Shown here: positions 8,564-18,516 of the stretch, piece by piece
Numbering within the stretch: the stretch's first letter is position 1
How the letters are laid out: every line of letters begins with the position of its first letter
Assembly: GCA_048938445.1 (NCBI GenBank)
Contig: JBHLME010000006.1
Span: 1-62,541, forward strand
Source: Promethearchaeota archaeon
Lineage (GTDB): Archaea > Asgardarchaeota > Lokiarchaeia > Sigyniarchaeales > SOKP01
DNA: 62,541 nt
Direction of reading: 5' to 3'
Notes under the pieces: model-generated
The model's database searches: none
Told to the model about the DNA's origin: nothing
Seen by the model: the letters and a program-made list of their open reading frames with translations, nothing else
Position numbers and translations under genes: made by a program

Positions 8564-10717
8564 ATGAAATTTTGCCCTAAATGTGAGAGTCTTCTTTATC
8601 CAAAAAAAAAACAACTATATTGTAAAACCTGTGGAATATCTTTTGATTTAGATAATGAAGGAATGATTATTCAAGCAAAAAAAAGGAAAAATGATAATTT
8701 TGATGAGAAGGACATTAAAAAATTATCATCTTCATCTCAATTTACAAAAAATAATTATTTAAAGTACTTTCCTTATAAGGAATTTAGAACATCTCAAGAA
8801 AATATAATCTCCCAAATCGAGGATGCTGTAAAATCAAGAAACAACATTCTATTAGTAGCACCTAATGGTACGGGAAAAACTATTATTGCTTTAAGTGCAA
8901 TCTTACCCATAGCGCTTGAAAAAGATTTGAAAATTTTATATATGTGTAGGACTCATTCTCAAAATACGAGAGTAATAAAAGAATTAAAAAAGATTTCTGA
9001 TTTTTTATCCACTAATGATATTGATCAGAAAATTCGAGCAATTTCTATTCGTGGAAGAAATGAAATGTGCCTTAATAAAACTCTTTTATCAATGAAATTG
9101 AATCCACATGAATCAATGACTCTGTGTAGTGATTTAAGGAGGAATAGAAATTGCATTCATTTCTTAAATTTGAATAAAAAAAGAAACGAATTTGATGATC
9201 CATTACTCATATCTCCTGAAATTTTTGATAAACCCATCGATGCCGAGGAATTAATTAATTTCTGTAAGGAAAAAAAGGTATGCCCATATTTTTTAAGCAA
9301 GTATCTCTTAGAAAAAATGAAAGTCATAATATGTAATTATCAATGGATTTTCAATCCCCATATCCGTGCTACTTTTTTAGAATTTATTGATCAACAGCTA
9401 GAAAAATGCATCTTAATTATCGATGAATGCCATAATATCATTGATGTAGCAACTGAAGTAAATTCACAGTGGATATCACCTTATTCTTTAAAAATTTGTT
9501 TAAAAGACTTAGAAATGTATCAATCTCAAATTAAAATGCAGAATTTTGTTAATCTCCTTTTAAATCACTTAGAAAATAGGAATAATTCTCTAATTGTCGA
9601 AGAAAAATCATTAGATTCACAATTATTCTTACAAAAGATATGTGAACGGTTAGGATTTTCTGATTTAAACGCATTTAAAACTTTTATTGAAGAGATGAGT
9701 GATTTTAGTGTTTCAATTCATGATGAAAAAGTAGCTAATGGAGAAATTTATAGAGATTATTTAGGTTCTTTGGCAGATTTCTGGTTAAAATGGATGAGAG
9801 TATATTTACAAGATAATTATTTTTTTTGTTATAGCGTAAAGGAAAAAAAAGAAAAAAAAACCATTTCCCTTGAAATAGTTGCATTAGATCCACGAGAAAT
9901 AGTAACTCCAATCTTGAAAAATTGTCATAGTTGTTTGAACCTTTCGGGAACTGTAAATCCTTATGTCTTCAATAACTTGATGGGTTTAAATGCAAGCGGA
10001 AAAAAATATAAAGGAATTATTGCGGAATCGCCATTTAAAAAAAAAAATATTAAAGCTCTAATTATTGAAGGAGTAGATACAAAAAAGAATAACAGGACTC
10101 CTAACATGTACAAGAAAATGATCGAAAAAATCAATGAAGTATTATTTTGCACTCCAGCAAATGTTGGAATTTTTTGTGCATCTTATAAAATACTTCGGGG
10201 TCTTCTTTCAAACGGTATAGAAACCATTGTAAATAAGAATAAAAAAAAAATATTTATCGAAAAAAATGGATTATCTGCTTCCGAAAATGCATTAATGATA
10301 CAAGACTTTAAATCAATGGCATTAAATGGTGGAGCTGTTCTTCTAGGCGTATGTGGTGGTCGAAATTCTGAAGGCGAAGATTATCCTGGAGATACCATGA
10401 ATTCTGTCATCATTGCGGGATTTCCTTATCATTTACCAACACCACGAGTAGAAGCAAAAATTAATTATTATGATAAAGTCTTTAATAGACAAGGATGGAA
10501 TTTCGCATATTTATATCCCGCCATTCAAAGAGCAAATCAAGCTTCAGGTCGTCCCATCAGAAAAATTAAGGATAAGGGAGCACTTATATTTATGGATTCA
10601 AGGTTTAAATCTAAATTAAATTGGATCTCAAATTGGATTAAAGAACAAGTTGAAATCGTACCTGATAAAAAAAATGAAATTACTCAAATTCTTTTTCCAT
10701 TTTGGGACTCAAATTAA
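8564..10717 (+). CDS. xpd: XPD/Rad3-family Fe-S DNA helicase with N-terminal Zn ribbon
   Basis: Q motif FRTSQ, APNGTGKT, four Fe-S Cys ending in CPYF, DECH, SGT, SEGED, QASGRPIR; N-terminal CPKC...CKTC. Confidence 0.92.
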   Translation: MKFCPKCESLLYPKKKQLYCKTCGISFDLDNEGMIIQAKKRKNDNFDEKDIKKLSSSSQFTKNNYLKYFPYKEFRTSQENIISQIEDAVKSRNNILLVAPNGTGKTIIALSAILPIALEKDLKILYMCRTHSQNTRVIKELKKISDFLSTNDIDQKIRAISIRGRNEMCLNKTLLSMKLNPHESMTLCSDLRRNRNCIHFLNLNKKRNEFDDPLLISPEIFDKPIDAEELINFCKEKKVCPYFLSKYLLEKMKVIICNYQWIFNPHIRATFLEFIDQQLEKCILIIDECHNIIDVATEVNSQWISPYSLKICLKDLEMYQSQIKMQNFVNLLLNHLENRNNSLIVEEKSLDSQLFLQKICERLGFSDLNAFKTFIEEMSDFSVSIHDEKVANGEIYRDYLGSLADFWLKWMRVYLQDNYFFCYSVKEKKEKKTISLEIVALDPREIVTPILKNCHSCLNLSGTVNPYVFNNLMGLNASGKKYKGIIAESPFKKKNIKALIIEGVDTKKNNRTPNMYKKMIEKINEVLFCTPANVGIFCASYKILRGLLSNGIETIVNKNKKKIFIEKNGLSASENALMIQDFKSMALNGGAVLLGVCGGRNSEGEDYPGDTMNSVIIAGFPYHLPTPRVEAKINYYDKVFNRQGWNFAYLYPAIQRANQASGRPIRKIKDKGALIFMDSRFKSKLNWISNWIKEQVEIVPDKKNEITQILFPFWDSN

Positions 10718-10738
10718 ATATCCTGATTTAATAGAAAA

Positions 10739-12517
10739 TCATTTCTTGATTTTATCATATAAAATAGCTAATTTAGCTGTAACTATATTCCATCTAAAAT
10801 ATTTGTTTACTCTTTTAATACAATTTTCTTTCATTTTATTATAGTATTCATTATCATTTATAGCTATAAATTTAATCACTTCATCAGAGATACTATTAAT
10901 CTCTTGTTCAGTTTCTATTTTCTTTTCAATAGGATTATTCGAAATTCTTGATAATGTAAAAAGACTTATTAAAGATTTAGCAAATTCATATGGATCATCT
11001 TTATCAATTAATATACCAGTACCGTTTATAGGATCATTTTTAATATCTATAACTGATTCTTGTAATCCACCAACTCTCGTAGCAATTACGGGTAATTTTG
11101 ATGCCATTGCCTCTAATGCGGTAATTCCAAAAGGCTCCCATCTTGAAAGAGCAGCATATACATCTGAGACAATATGAGCAAATTTATATATTTCAGTAGT
11201 AACTCCAAAAATTATTCTTAAATTTTTAGGATACTGTTTTATATATTCAGAAAAATCCTCCATCTCTTTTAAGCTATAATCGGTAGGAAATAGAAGGAAT
11301 AACAGTTTAGCATCAGGTATATGTTTAATTATCTGTGGAATTGACTCAAAAATGGTTTCAAAACCTTTCTGAGGTGATATTCTTCCTGTTGTAATCATTA
11401 ATGGACCAGATTCATCAAAAGGGGCAATACTTCCATTCTTAATATATGGATTATTAGTAGAAATTTGTTTAATTTTTTCAAGAATCTTTTTTGAATTTAT
11501 TAAAGGACTCTCACTCAAATTTCCTATTTTATATGTTAGCAAATATTTTTTCATATCTTCACGAGTTATTTCAGATCCCTTTGGTAATTGTAGTACTTTA
11601 TGCATTTCATCTCCAAAGGCATTAAATACTTCATTGATGATTAAGTCATAATTCCAATCACATCCATTCCAGATAAAATCTGTTTTAAAACCGATTAAAT
11701 CAAATCCTAAAACTGGTATAATATTTTCATCTAAGTATGATTTGCTAACAGTAGTCACCATATCACTGATATAAGCACCTACCTTTTCTACCGTAGGAGG
11801 TTCATAATTATCATGATAAAATTCTTTTTTTTCACATGCTATAAAAATTTCTTTTATATTCATTTCTTTATATCCATCTTTAGTAAATACCTTTATTGGA
11901 GTATCATCAATACCACATGCTCTATAAAAATTTAAATCAAATCTTGGCCATGTTAATAAATGGATAGTAATGATGGAACCTAGATCTAAGCCATATTTTT
12001 TTAATACTTGTTTCATGCCAATAAATGGAATTACAACATGATAATCATGTAAATGTACTATTTCAGGTAATTCTTGTCTACATTCTTTGATAAAGAAATC
12101 AATTATGCTACGAATTCCGATACTATAGAGACACATTTTAATGGAAAAAGTATCTGGATTATATACTATTTCATCATCTAAAAAGGAAGAAGTAAAATTA
12201 TTTTCACCCGATAATAAAATAATATTTACATTATCCTTTTTAAATTTATAAAATCCAATAGAATAACTACTTTCATGTCTGTTAATACCAAAAATTGTAG
12301 GATCTAGTTGACCTACACAGTTGAAAGGTAATTTCTTAATTGATGATGTTTTATATAGTCTGTTAAGTTGTCCATGAGAAGGAATGAATACTGTTATTTC
12401 ATATTTTTCCGCCAAATTTTTAGCATGATTTGAAGAAACCTCTCCTAAACCTCCAACCTTCGCAATTTCTTTATATTCGAAAGTAAAAATCCAAATTTTA
12501 TCCTTATTTTCCATCAA
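10739..12517 (-). CDS. glgA: Glycogen synthase (GT5-like)
   Basis: KVGGL, HLHDYH, TTVS, GRISPQKG, SRWEPFG...EAM. Confidence 0.88.
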   Translation of the reverse strand: MMENKDKIWIFTFEYKEIAKVGGLGEVSSNHAKNLAEKYEITVFIPSHGQLNRLYKTSSIKKLPFNCVGQLDPTIFGINRHESSYSIGFYKFKKDNVNIILLSGENNFTSSFLDDEIVYNPDTFSIKMCLYSIGIRSIIDFFIKECRQELPEIVHLHDYHVVIPFIGMKQVLKKYGLDLGSIITIHLLTWPRFDLNFYRACGIDDTPIKVFTKDGYKEMNIKEIFIACEKKEFYHDNYEPPTVEKVGAYISDMVTTVSKSYLDENIIPVLGFDLIGFKTDFIWNGCDWNYDLIINEVFNAFGDEMHKVLQLPKGSEITREDMKKYLLTYKIGNLSESPLINSKKILEKIKQISTNNPYIKNGSIAPFDESGPLMITTGRISPQKGFETIFESIPQIIKHIPDAKLLFLLFPTDYSLKEMEDFSEYIKQYPKNLRIIFGVTTEIYKFAHIVSDVYAALSRWEPFGITALEAMASKLPVIATRVGGLQESVIDIKNDPINGTGILIDKDDPYEFAKSLISLFTLSRISNNPIEKKIETEQEINSISDEVIKFIAINDNEYYNKMKENCIKRVNKYFRWNIVTAKLAILYDKIKK

Positions 12518-12691
12518 ATTTTTTTAAAGAAGTGCTAATTATTTTTCCTATTTCCTAAATCTTTAAAAAAATATGTTTATTAAAATTTAATTAAAAAGAT
12601 AATTGATGATGCAATAATTATAAAAATTTTAATAATTATTTAAAATCTAATCAAACTAAAATAGTATAAGCAATAAATTAGGGTTAGATAT

Positions 12692-13066
12692 ATGGTGAAT
12701 ATTGAATATTTTAATCCTGGTCCTCCTGCTGCAGGACCTTATACCCCTGTAATAAAAGTAGGTAATTTGATTTTCATTTCGGGACAAATACCCGAACAAG
12801 AAAATGATGGAATTAGAGAGCAAACTAAAAATGTGTTAAAAAAAATTAAGGTACTTTTAGAAAGTTCTGGAGCAAGTATAAGTAATGTAGTGAAAGTGAA
12901 TATTTATCTTAAAAACATTGAAGACTTTAAAGAGATGAATGATGGATATAAAGAGTTTTTCATGAACAATGGAATTAAAGAAAAATTTCCTGCAAGAACA
13001 ACGGTTCAAGCCCAACCCCCTATAGACGGAGTAGATCTTGAAATTGATGCTATAGCAGTAGTATAA
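12692..13066 (+). CDS. ridA: RidA/YjgF family enamine deaminase
   Basis: GPYT, ISGQIP, FKEMN, PARTTV, LEIDAIA. Confidence 0.92.
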   Translation: MVNIEYFNPGPPAAGPYTPVIKVGNLIFISGQIPEQENDGIREQTKNVLKKIKVLLESSGASISNVVKVNIYLKNIEDFKEMNDGYKEFFMNNGIKEKFPARTTVQAQPPIDGVDLEIDAIAVV

Positions 13067-13119
13067 TTTTGTGAAATGCTAATATTTAATTATTTTTACT
13101 TTTTTTAACATTACGTATT

Positions 13120-14307
13120 ATGTGTGATACTTTTATTGCGTTGGGTAGTGTAACCGAAGATGGGTCAGTGATTTTTGGAAAAAATAGCGATAGGTTGATG
13201 TCTGAAGCTCAATTAATTACATATCAACCAAAAATTAATTATCCCCACGATTCTATATTAAAATGTTCTTTTATTGAAATTCCACAAGTATTAGAATCCG
13301 CCTCTGTTATATTAAGCCAACCCTATTGGATGTGGGGTGCTGAAATGGGTGCAAACGAATATGGAGTGGTAATAGGAAATGAAGCTATAGCAACTATAGA
13401 GCCTTTAAAGGATCAAGGATTATTAGGAATGGATTTATTACGTCTTGGACTAGAAAGAGGTAAAAATGCTGAAGACGCATTAAAAGTAATAACTGACTTA
13501 TTAGAACAATTTGGCCAAGGAGGTAGGCACAATCAAAAAGGATTCAATTATCATAACTCATTTATAATAGCTGATCCAAATCAAGCTTTTGTATTAGAAA
13601 CGGCTGGAGAATGGTGGATTGCTGAAAAAGTGAAAAAATTTCGTTCAATCTCTAATGATATTTCTATTAGAGGGAAGGGTGATTTACGGCGAAAGGGGAT
13701 CATACAGCATGCCATACAAATGAATTATTGTAAAGATGATGATGATTTTGATTTTTCTACTGCCTTTTCAGCAAATAATAAAATGCCTAGCTATATGAAA
13801 TACTCCATGAACCGATTAAGCGAGAATGAAGGGAAAATTACACCTGAAATTATGATGGGCTTTTTAAGAGAACATGAGGGAAATATTTGCAGGCATAAAA
13901 GAAATGATTTTACCGCAAGTTCTCAAGTATCTCATTTAAGGAAGAAAAATAAATCAATTCATTGGTTTACTGGTAGTGCTCTTACATGTATGAGCTTGTT
14001 CAAGCCTTATATCTTTCCTATTGAAAAAATGAATGCAATAAAAGCTGAACAATATGAAGAGGTAAAAAATGATTGGTTTTGGATGAAACATCTCAATCAT
14101 ATTAGATCTTTTATAAAAAATCCCTTAAAAGAAAATCCTGATAGAACTCATTTTATAAAAGTACTCATGAATAATGAAAAAGATTTAATAAACAAAATTA
14201 ACGATATAAGTTCAAATGAAACAAGGTTTTCTGATGAACAATTATTAAATGAGTTCCAATCATTAAATAACTTATCTTGGAAAAAGGCAGTAGAACCAAT
14301 AGAATAA
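13120..14307 (+). CDS. Secernin-like peptidase C69 (Ntn hydrolase), copy 1
   Basis: MCDT N-terminus, GKNSDR, WMWGAEMGANE, YHNSF. Confidence 0.9.
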   Translation: MCDTFIALGSVTEDGSVIFGKNSDRLMSEAQLITYQPKINYPHDSILKCSFIEIPQVLESASVILSQPYWMWGAEMGANEYGVVIGNEAIATIEPLKDQGLLGMDLLRLGLERGKNAEDALKVITDLLEQFGQGGRHNQKGFNYHNSFIIADPNQAFVLETAGEWWIAEKVKKFRSISNDISIRGKGDLRRKGIIQHAIQMNYCKDDDDFDFSTAFSANNKMPSYMKYSMNRLSENEGKITPEIMMGFLREHEGNICRHKRNDFTASSQVSHLRKKNKSIHWFTGSALTCMSLFKPYIFPIEKMNAIKAEQYEEVKNDWFWMKHLNHIRSFIKNPLKENPDRTHFIKVLMNNEKDLINKINDISSNETRFSDEQLLNEFQSLNNLSWKKAVEPIE

Positions 14308-14334
14308 AAATATATCTTTTTTACCGTGAATCCC

Positions 14335-15534
14335 ATGTGTGATACTTTTGTAGCCTTAGGAAATTCCACCCTCGATGGTAATGTAATTTTTGGAAAAAAT
14401 TCTGATCGTCCAAATACAGAAGCTCAACTAATCACTTATTCTCCCAGAATGAAATATCCAAAGGGAGATGAGTTAAAATGTACCTATATTTCGATACCCC
14501 AAACTAATGAGACTTCGGAAATAATCCTTAGCCAACCATGGTGGATGTGGGGTGCAGAGATGGGTGCAAATGAATACAACGTTGTAATTGGAAATGAAGC
14601 CATCTATACTCATGAACCTTTAAGAGATATTGGATTATTAGGAATGGATTTACTTAGATTAGGTCTTGAGAGAGGAAAAACAGCAAAAGAAGCGATGGAT
14701 ATCATCATAGCATTACTAGAGAAATATGGACAAGGAGGAGGATGTGCATATGATGATTCAAGCTGGTCCTACCACAATTCTTTTTTAATCGCTGATCCTC
14801 ATAAAGCTTACGTGCTAGAGACTGCCGATATGTGGTGGATTGGTGAAGAAGTAAAAGATGTGAGATCTATTTCTAATAATATTTCAATAAGGGGAAAGGG
14901 AGATTTTCGGAGGAGAGGGATCATACAACATGCTATAGAAAAGAATTATTGTATAGATGATGATGATTTTGACTTTGCATTTACATTTTCAGGATCCCCA
15001 ATATCTGAACAACCCTCACCATATTCTAGAAATGGAAAATCAACTATTCTATTAAAAAAAAATAAGAGAAAAATTACGTCTAAACTTATGATGGATTTTT
15101 TGAGAGAACACGAGGCAGGTATATGCATGCATGGTGGTTTTGAGTCAACAGGTTCTCAAGTTTCACATTTACGAAAAGAAGGAGAATCAATTCATTGGTT
15201 TACAGGGAGTACACTTCCTTGCTTGAGTCTTTTTAAACCATATTTTTTTCCAATTGATAAGCAAAATGTCCTTGAACCTGGTCCTTATTCTAAAGTAAAT
15301 CCTGAATGGTTCTGGAGTAGGCATGCTAATGAAATAAAATTCACTGGAGTATTTCGATTATTACCTAAAAGAGAGCAATATATAAAAATATTAGAATCCA
15401 ATGAAAATGAGATAATTCAAGAAGTAAATGATGTTTTATCTGAAGATACAAATATTATAGATAAAGAATTAAAAGAGAGAAAAAACGCAATTAATTGGAG
15501 AGCTTGGGAAATATCTAAAAAATTGATCAATTAA
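14335..15534 (+). CDS. Secernin-like peptidase C69, copy 2
   Basis: Same motifs; start placed at the ATG-TGT (MCDT) at 14335 by analogy with copy 1. Confidence 0.9.
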   Translation: MCDTFVALGNSTLDGNVIFGKNSDRPNTEAQLITYSPRMKYPKGDELKCTYISIPQTNETSEIILSQPWWMWGAEMGANEYNVVIGNEAIYTHEPLRDIGLLGMDLLRLGLERGKTAKEAMDIIIALLEKYGQGGGCAYDDSSWSYHNSFLIADPHKAYVLETADMWWIGEEVKDVRSISNNISIRGKGDFRRRGIIQHAIEKNYCIDDDDFDFAFTFSGSPISEQPSPYSRNGKSTILLKKNKRKITSKLMMDFLREHEAGICMHGGFESTGSQVSHLRKEGESIHWFTGSTLPCLSLFKPYFFPIDKQNVLEPGPYSKVNPEWFWSRHANEIKFTGVFRLLPKREQYIKILESNENEIIQEVNDVLSEDTNIIDKELKERKNAINWRAWEISKKLIN

Positions 15535-15611
15535 AATGATAAAATTATTATTTTATTAATTATTTTTATCATTATCTTTAGAGTAGAATAGCTTATTATT
15601 AGGTTATCAAG

Positions 15612-15896
15612 ATGTCATTAGAATTAATTGGAAAAGAAGGCGTCATTTCTAACTACAGACGAGGTCGTCATACAATACATCAAAAATATTGTATTATAGT
15701 TTTTCAAGATATTACAAACCGCAAAAATGCGAATAAGTTGGTTGGTAAAACAGTGGTCTGGAAGAGTCCAACAGGTAAGGATCTAAAAGGAGTAATAACA
15801 CGTGCACATGGTAATAATGGTGCAGTTCGTGCTCATTTTAAAAAGGCAGGTGTTCCAGGACAAGCTCTTGGTACAAAAATTAAAATAATTAAATGA
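15612..15896 (+). CDS. rpl35ae: 50S ribosomal protein L35Ae (eL33)
   Basis: NYRRGRHT, GVITRAHGNNGAVRAHF, PGQALG. Confidence 0.95.
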   Translation: MSLELIGKEGVISNYRRGRHTIHQKYCIIVFQDITNRKNANKLVGKTVVWKSPTGKDLKGVITRAHGNNGAVRAHFKKAGVPGQALGTKIKIIK

Positions 15897-16025
15897 TATT
15901 TCTAATTTATCTTATATATTTCTAAAACCCAGGCCTTTAATAAATAAAATAAGTAGTTTTGATCTACAAAATTTTTTAAATTCATACTATTACTTTTATG
16001 TAAAATCACATTAGCTTTAAAAAAA

Positions 16026-16406
16026 ATGAATTCCATTATTATTGAAAGTGAAGATATTGGGCAAGTAAAAGCTAAATTACTCATCGACAAAAATCCAAAA
16101 ACCTGTCAATCTCTATTTGATGCACTACCAATGGACTTGAATTCTAAGCGATGGGGGGATTGTTTATATTCATATACACCATTACATCTTGAGGCAGAAA
16201 ACACTCAAATTGATGTAGCGATCGGAGATGTGGGGTATTGGATGGATGGACACGCATTTGTAATCTTTTTTGGACCTACACCTCATAGTACTGACGAGAC
16301 TCCTAGAGCAGCCTCAGCTATTAATATTTTCGGGAAAATTGAAGGAGATCCTTTGATTTTTAAAAAATTTGAAACACTTACATTTACAGTAAAAAAAGGA
16401 AATTAA
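16026..16406 (+). CDS. Cyclophilin-like fold protein (DUF369-like)
   Basis: NPKT...ALP, RWGD, GDVGYW, IFFGPTP. Confidence 0.8.
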   Translation: MNSIIIESEDIGQVKAKLLIDKNPKTCQSLFDALPMDLNSKRWGDCLYSYTPLHLEAENTQIDVAIGDVGYWMDGHAFVIFFGPTPHSTDETPRAASAINIFGKIEGDPLIFKKFETLTFTVKKGN

Positions 16407-16611
16407 TCCTCTTTACTTTATTTTTCACTTTTATATTAGAATAATCTCATATATACAAATATTTATCTTTGAAAAGAGAGAATTTTGGTTATAATCTTAT
16501 TTCTTAAAAATATTATAATCGTGATATACAAATGATATTCATCATTAATAACACCTCTTTCTGTATATGATCGTGATAAAATACCTTTTTACCCAATTAG
16601 ATTAGGTTTAA

Positions 16612-18474
16612 ATGCTAGCAATGTCAGAAAATAACACCCAATTATGTCGATTTTGTCAAAGAACAAAAAATTTAACTTATTATTGTGAGAATTGTGGGTC
16701 TTCTTGTTGTTCTGACTGCTTACATGAAGAAAAAATAGGATATTATATTTGTCAAGAATGTGATTCAAGAAATATTGAGATTTTAGATTCAGGAGATAGA
16801 AAAATATGTAAAGAATGTGGATCAGATAATGTGAATAAAGTTTCTCAACACATTAAATCTTGTCCAAAATGCAATTCAAATCACATTCTCAATATCTATG
16901 AAAAGAAGGAGGAACTTGAGCAAAAATTCTTAGAAATGATAAGAAATACGCGAAAATTTGCAGATCCCTTTATTGAACTTAGAAATAAATTAAGTTTTTT
17001 AAGAGAAAACCTTAAGAAAGCAAGAGATCCTCCAATCAAATGTTATCATTTTCCAAAAATGGAGCAAGAGTTAATTATTTTATTTAAAATGTTTAATGAA
17101 GTCGTTAATACATTACTAGATAAGATAAATATCCATTTTCATCATTTTTCTCTCAATCAGGATTATTTCTTTGACATATATGTTCAACCTAATTCAAGTA
17201 TAAGAGTAATTGAAAAGATATTACAAAACCTTATTAGGAGTTATGAATCAATTCAAGAGTATATTAATAAAAATATAGAACTCATTAAAGAGATTGTAAA
17301 AGAAAAACAAACAAACCTTCAATTTATTGAGCAAATTAATAATTATTTTCTTACCTACAAGAATGTTTTAAAATTGGCAACTAATGAAAAACCAGTTTAT
17401 GCGATTAAAGCTAAATATGATAATGGTTATAATCCACAAGGCGTTGTAAGAAAAACTAAAGGGATATTATTTGTTACAAATTTTGACTTGTCATTCGTCC
17501 ACTTATTTGGAGTGTTTAAAAAGAAAAAAGATTTGATAATAAAAACTCCGATTGATGATTTGACAGATATTCAAGTAAAAGGAAAGATTAGAAAGAGGGT
17601 ATATTTAGAATTTACATATGGAAAATATGAATTTTTATTACCTCCACGTACACATTCTAAAGTTGTTGAATATATAGTATTAGCAAAAACTTTTGATGAG
17701 AATACAAAACATAATCATGAGGCTGCTGAAAAACTTCAATCGATAGATCTAGATCTGAATAATCTAGTAAACTTTATCGAAGAAGCTATCAATACATTCT
17801 TTAGTTTAAAAGTTAAATATAATCAAAAATTCAATAATTTGTCAATCCAAGAATCAGAATATGGTTCACAACCATTTGCTCAAACTTATAATGAACAAAT
17901 TAATAATCTTCAATTTGGTAATATTCAAAATCAACAAAAAAACCATTATGTTCCACTTCCAAGTTTTCCACAAAATTCACCCTTTGATAATCAACCATTT
18001 TATCCCAATAATCCAGGAATGCCAACATCAACAAATTTTGAAAGAAATCTTGATAGAGACGACAGAAATTATTTATTTCGTAGGGTTGGAAGAGTTCAAG
18101 CAGATTCTCCACAATCTCCATCTCCTAGACGTAGTTTTAATAATGAATGGTTTCACAAGGCCGGATTAAATCGTCAATCTACCGTTGAAGATGTTCCTTT
18201 TATCGATCCGACTTATGGAAATTATAATAAATATCATTTATCAGATTATTTCGTTCCAAATCCACGTTTTACACAAGAAAGTAAGAGAATGAGAGAATTA
18301 AAAAAAGAACGATATAGTCTTAATATGACTTTAAAAAAGTTAGATGAAAAGTTCGATCATAATTTGATCTCAGAAGAAGATTATTTTAGATTATATACTA
18401 ATATACAAAAAAGAATTTCAGCAGTTGATGAGAATTTAGGGTCATTAAAAAATGATGTTTATGAAAATCTTTGA
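16612..18474 (+). CDS. Multidomain protein: multi-CxxC Zn finger, coiled coil, PH/GRAM-like domain, N/Q/P-rich linker, C-terminal helical hairpin
   Basis: Six CxxC pairs; KGILFVTNFDLSFV strand; low-complexity linker; C-terminal LKKLDEKFDHNLISEEDYFRLY. Confidence 0.6.
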   Translation: MLAMSENNTQLCRFCQRTKNLTYYCENCGSSCCSDCLHEEKIGYYICQECDSRNIEILDSGDRKICKECGSDNVNKVSQHIKSCPKCNSNHILNIYEKKEELEQKFLEMIRNTRKFADPFIELRNKLSFLRENLKKARDPPIKCYHFPKMEQELIILFKMFNEVVNTLLDKINIHFHHFSLNQDYFFDIYVQPNSSIRVIEKILQNLIRSYESIQEYINKNIELIKEIVKEKQTNLQFIEQINNYFLTYKNVLKLATNEKPVYAIKAKYDNGYNPQGVVRKTKGILFVTNFDLSFVHLFGVFKKKKDLIIKTPIDDLTDIQVKGKIRKRVYLEFTYGKYEFLLPPRTHSKVVEYIVLAKTFDENTKHNHEAAEKLQSIDLDLNNLVNFIEEAINTFFSLKVKYNQKFNNLSIQESEYGSQPFAQTYNEQINNLQFGNIQNQQKNHYVPLPSFPQNSPFDNQPFYPNNPGMPTSTNFERNLDRDDRNYLFRRVGRVQADSPQSPSPRRSFNNEWFHKAGLNRQSTVEDVPFIDPTYGNYNKYHLSDYFVPNPRFTQESKRMRELKKERYSLNMTLKKLDEKFDHNLISEEDYFRLYTNIQKRISAVDENLGSLKNDVYENL

Positions 18475-18516
18475 TATCAACTGAAAAATAATGCATTATA
18501 TCAAAAGGTATGAAAA

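Noticed and set aside
16518-16578. ATCGTGATA direct repeat and AATGAT dyad upstream of 16612
   Set aside because: Short and AT-rich; plausibly chance
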